This document shows, one piece after another, positions 61,410 through 64,000 of a stretch of 64,000 bases of DNA. The notes beneath the pieces were generated by a model, which saw nothing but the letters and a program-made list of their open reading frames with translations, was not told the DNA's origin and ran no database searches. Source of the DNA: Granulicella sp. (GTDB lineage: Bacteria; Acidobacteriota; Terriglobia; Terriglobales; Acidobacteriaceae); the NCBI GenBank assembly GCA_027339965.1, contig DAHWNL010000047.1, positions 1 to 64,000 on the forward strand, given 5' to 3'. Position numbers and translations under genes: made by a program. Within the stretch, counting starts at the first letter, position 1. Every line of letters starts with the position of its first letter.

Positions 61410-61590
61410 GCGTTGTGGATAACTGGGGAGAAACTGTCTGGAAGAATGTTCGGAGCGGAAGCAGATGGGCCGCGACGAAGAGAGACAGAGAGAGTTTCGA
61501 GCAGCGTCCCGCAGAAAGATACCTCCGCTGGCGGAGGCGGACGAAGATTTTGCGGAAGCGATGATTGCCGATAAAATGACGGAGGAGTTC

Positions 61591-61666
61591 GCCGACGTAG
61601 CTCAGTTGGTAGAGCAGCTGATTCGTAATCAGCAGGTCAACGGTTCAAGTCCGTTCGTCGGCTCCA
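61591..61666 (+). tRNA. tRNA-Thr(CGT)
   Basis: 76-nt cloverleaf GCCGACG...CGTCGGC-TCCA, anticodon loop TTCGTAA. Confidence 0.97.
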
Positions 61667-61842
61667 TGCATTCTGTCATTCAGCAGCGGATGGAATCTGC
61701 CCCCAATGGGCGAGAGTGAGTTTCCACGGGTGTGACCGTTTTGATGGTCACACTTTTTCTTTGCGCATCTTTCTTTCTCGTTCGGCTCCAGATCTCTTGT
61801 ACATCCTTCTTGCTGGAAGGCTGTCCAAGCTTGGATCAGAAG

Positions 61843-62184
61843 TCAGGTTGGACGGCGGGCGGCAATGGCTTGATCTTCGCTGGGGAAGATCGAGAAGAGA
61901 TTAAGGATGCCGACCATCTTTAAGGTCTTGGCGGCGACGGACGAGGGATTCACGAGCTTGGTGTCGCCCCCGATCTGGCGGGTGCGGCGAAGAGCGCCGA
62001 CGATGGCACCGATACCGGAAGAGTCGATGTAGTTCATCTGTTCCAGATCGAAGATGAGATAGAGGCACTGGCCGGCAATGGCCTGGTCCAGGGCAGAGTC
62101 CAAGGCGGAGGTATCACAGGACTTGAACGGGCCTTTGATGCGAAGAGCGCGGATGGAGCCGGTTTGCCCAATGTCGAGATCCAA
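61843..62184 (-). CDS. STAS-domain anti-sigma factor antagonist
   Basis: FDLEQMNYIDSSGIG. AAGGAG RBS precedes the TTG at 62184. Confidence 0.88.
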   Translation of the reverse strand: MDLDIGQTGSIRALRIKGPFKSCDTSALDSALDQAIAGQCLYLIFDLEQMNYIDSSGIGAIVGALRRTRQIGGDTKLVNPSSVAAKTLKMVGILNLFSIFPSEDQAIAARRPT

Positions 62185-62262
62185 GAGGTTCTCCTTAAAA
62201 AGGATGAACGAGAAGGTGACGATTGCAGAAGGATTGGGGATCCAGAAGAGTTGGACTCCAGA

Positions 62263-63444
62263 TGGCCTGCCCCCATTTTCCGCATACGAATAATACTCAG
62301 CCCGCCGCTTGCCTGCGCGGCGAACTCTGATGGTGTCATGCAACTCAGACTGCTATGTGGCCTCCGTTCGTTGTAATCGCAGCGCCAGTTGGCAATGATT
62401 CTCCCGGCCTCGAAGAGGTTCTGGAACCCGCTGACACGCAGGCATTCCTCGCGCAGCTTGCTGTTGAACCTCTCCACGTATGCGTTCCGTGTGGGCTTGC
62501 CCGGTTGGATGGGAACGAGATCGATCTTGCGATCGAGCGCCCAGGCAAGGAAATGGCGACTAGGCGGCTCGGGGCCGTTGTCACAACGTATGGCCTGCGG
62601 CCGACCGCGGTCAGCGAGGATCTGGTCGAGCACCCGCGTAACGCGCAAGCCGGCGAAGCTTGTGTCCACCTCCATGGCAAGGCTCTCGCGTGTAAACGCG
62701 TCGATCACGTTGAGCACGCGGATCGAGCGGCCCGAAGCCACCGCGTCATGCACGAAATCCAGCGCCCACTCCTGGTTGGCCGCCGTATAGATCCCCAGAG
62801 GTGTGCTCAGGCGCACGCAGTGCTTCCGCTTCTTGCGGCGTAGTGCCAGGCCGGCTTCGCGATAGATCCGATGCACGCGTTTATGGTTGATCTGCTCGCC
62901 ATCGTGAGCCAGCAGCACATGCAGGCGATGATAACCGAAGCGCGGCTTCTCTCGCGCAAGCGCCATCAGCCGGTCGCGCAGACTATCGTCGTTCTGGCTC
63001 GGCTTGTTACGATAGCTCGAAACCGGAACCAGCAACAGGCGGCAGGCCGGACGTTCGGTGAAGGCGAACTCCTCCCGGATGTGCTCGACAGATGCCTTCA
63101 CCGCTGCGAGCTCCAACCGCCTTTCTCAATCACCGACTGCAACGCTTCCTTGTCCAGGCTCAGATCGGCAGCCTACTTGCGCAATCGGCTGTTCTCATCC
63201 CGCAGCCGCTTGGCCTCTTGTGCTTCGCTTACGTCCATGCCGCCGTACTTCGACTTCCAGGCATACATCGTGTGCGGGCTGACCCCCACTTCGAGCGCTA
63301 CGTCCTCAGCCTTCCAGCCCGCCTCCATCTGCTTCACCGCCGCAATCATCTGCGCTTCTGTCTGCTTGCTCCTCGACATCTCTCCGCTCCTTCCCGAATA
63401 CGAAAATCGTATCCGGTACTGTGCGGATAACGGGGATCAGGCCA
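62263..63444 (-). mobile_element. Decayed IS3-family element (IS407-like)
   Basis: Imperfect IRs TGGCCTGCCCCCATTTTCCGCA / TGGCCTGATCCCCGTTATCCGCA. orfA from 63379 has a premature TAG. orfB carries DDE motifs WALDF, DNGPE and ERFN. Confidence 0.92.
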
Positions 63445-63572
63445 ACGAGAGGATGGTTTCAGAGGTGGAAGCGTCAACCTGCGTTCGCATGGAGGCATGC
63501 CGCACAGGAATGAAGATATTCTGGAAAGAGACAGGACGATAGATTCAACTTTTCTGAGAGGCTGATTGGCCG

Positions 63573-64000
63573 ATGTCCGAGATGATTCCAGATTCCATGC
63601 AGGCTGCGGTGTACCGAGCGGTGAATGTTGTCCGTACGGAGACGATTCCGGTTCCGGAGATTGGCTCCCGCGAGGTGCTGATGCGGATCGATACCTGCGG
63701 TATCTGCGGCACGGACCTTAAGAAGATTCATACTGGGTCACACTCGGCGCCACGGGTCTTCGGTCACGAGATGGCAGGGACGATCGCCGCGGTGGGCAGG
63801 GGGGTACGAGGATTCGGGGTGGGAGATCGGGTGATGGCCTTTCACCACATTCCTTGTGGAGTCTGCTTCTACTGCCGCAAGAAGACCTTTGCGCAGTGCG
63901 AGCGATACAAGAAGGTGGGCACGACGGCGGGGTTGGGAGAGGCCGCGGGCGGCGGCTTTGCGGAGTACATTCGGGTGATGGACTGGATTGTGGGTGACGG
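63573..64000 (+). CDS. Zinc-binding alcohol/polyol dehydrogenase (5' part, runs off the window)
   Basis: Hand translation MSEMIPDSMQAAVY..CGICGTD..GHE..GDRV..CGVCFYC..C. Absent from the ORF track because there is no stop in the window. Confidence 0.9.
   Translation, partial: MSEMIPDSMQAAVYRAVNVVRTETIPVPEIGSREVLMRIDTCGICGTDLKKIHTGSHSAPRVFGHEMAGTIAAVGRGVRGFGVGDRVMAFHHIPCGVCFYCRKKTFAQCERYKKVGTTAGLGEAAGGGFAEYIRVMDWIVGD

Noticed and set aside
61250..61432. oriC
   Set aside because: Only one perfect DnaA box, no clear unwinding element, no dnaA/dnaN/gidA neighbours.
61591..63444. Genomic island integrated at tRNA-Thr (or at tRNA-Leu)
   Set aside because: No integrase, and I saw no duplicated tRNA 3' end in the window.

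Overview
GC-rich bacterial chromosomal window. Gene content (DUF3467- and DUF6599-like genes, tandem-domain ThyX, futalosine enzymes, S1 paralog) is most consistent with Acidobacteriota, which is an inference. It is mostly core or metabolic DNA: about 50 CDS (recA, lon, uvrB, fabG/fabH, psd-pssA, tsaB, rsmE, mqnE and an mqnC-like gene, araB-araD-galM, GH27, GH13, PPK2, an orphan DNA methyltransferase), SRP RNA, tRNA-Leu(TAG), tRNA-Thr(CGT), a decayed IS3-family element near the right end, and IS/pseudogene debris at the left end. No CRISPR array, prophage or defence island was seen. The most interesting signals are non-coding. (i) Two ORF-less promoter-to-terminator units (about 28057-28195 and 61330-61409) look like sRNAs and are collinearly complementary to each other, a possible sRNA/sponge pair. 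(ii) A PAS kinase/receiver/NtrC/Crp-Fnr module carries a sigma-54 promoter and three CRP-type boxes. (iii) A 23-nt element is shared by the starts of the two futalosine-type radical SAM genes, within a wider pattern of apparently leaderless promoters. (iv) TTCGC-based operator-like motifs lie upstream of recA. All product calls come from motif recognition, not database searches.
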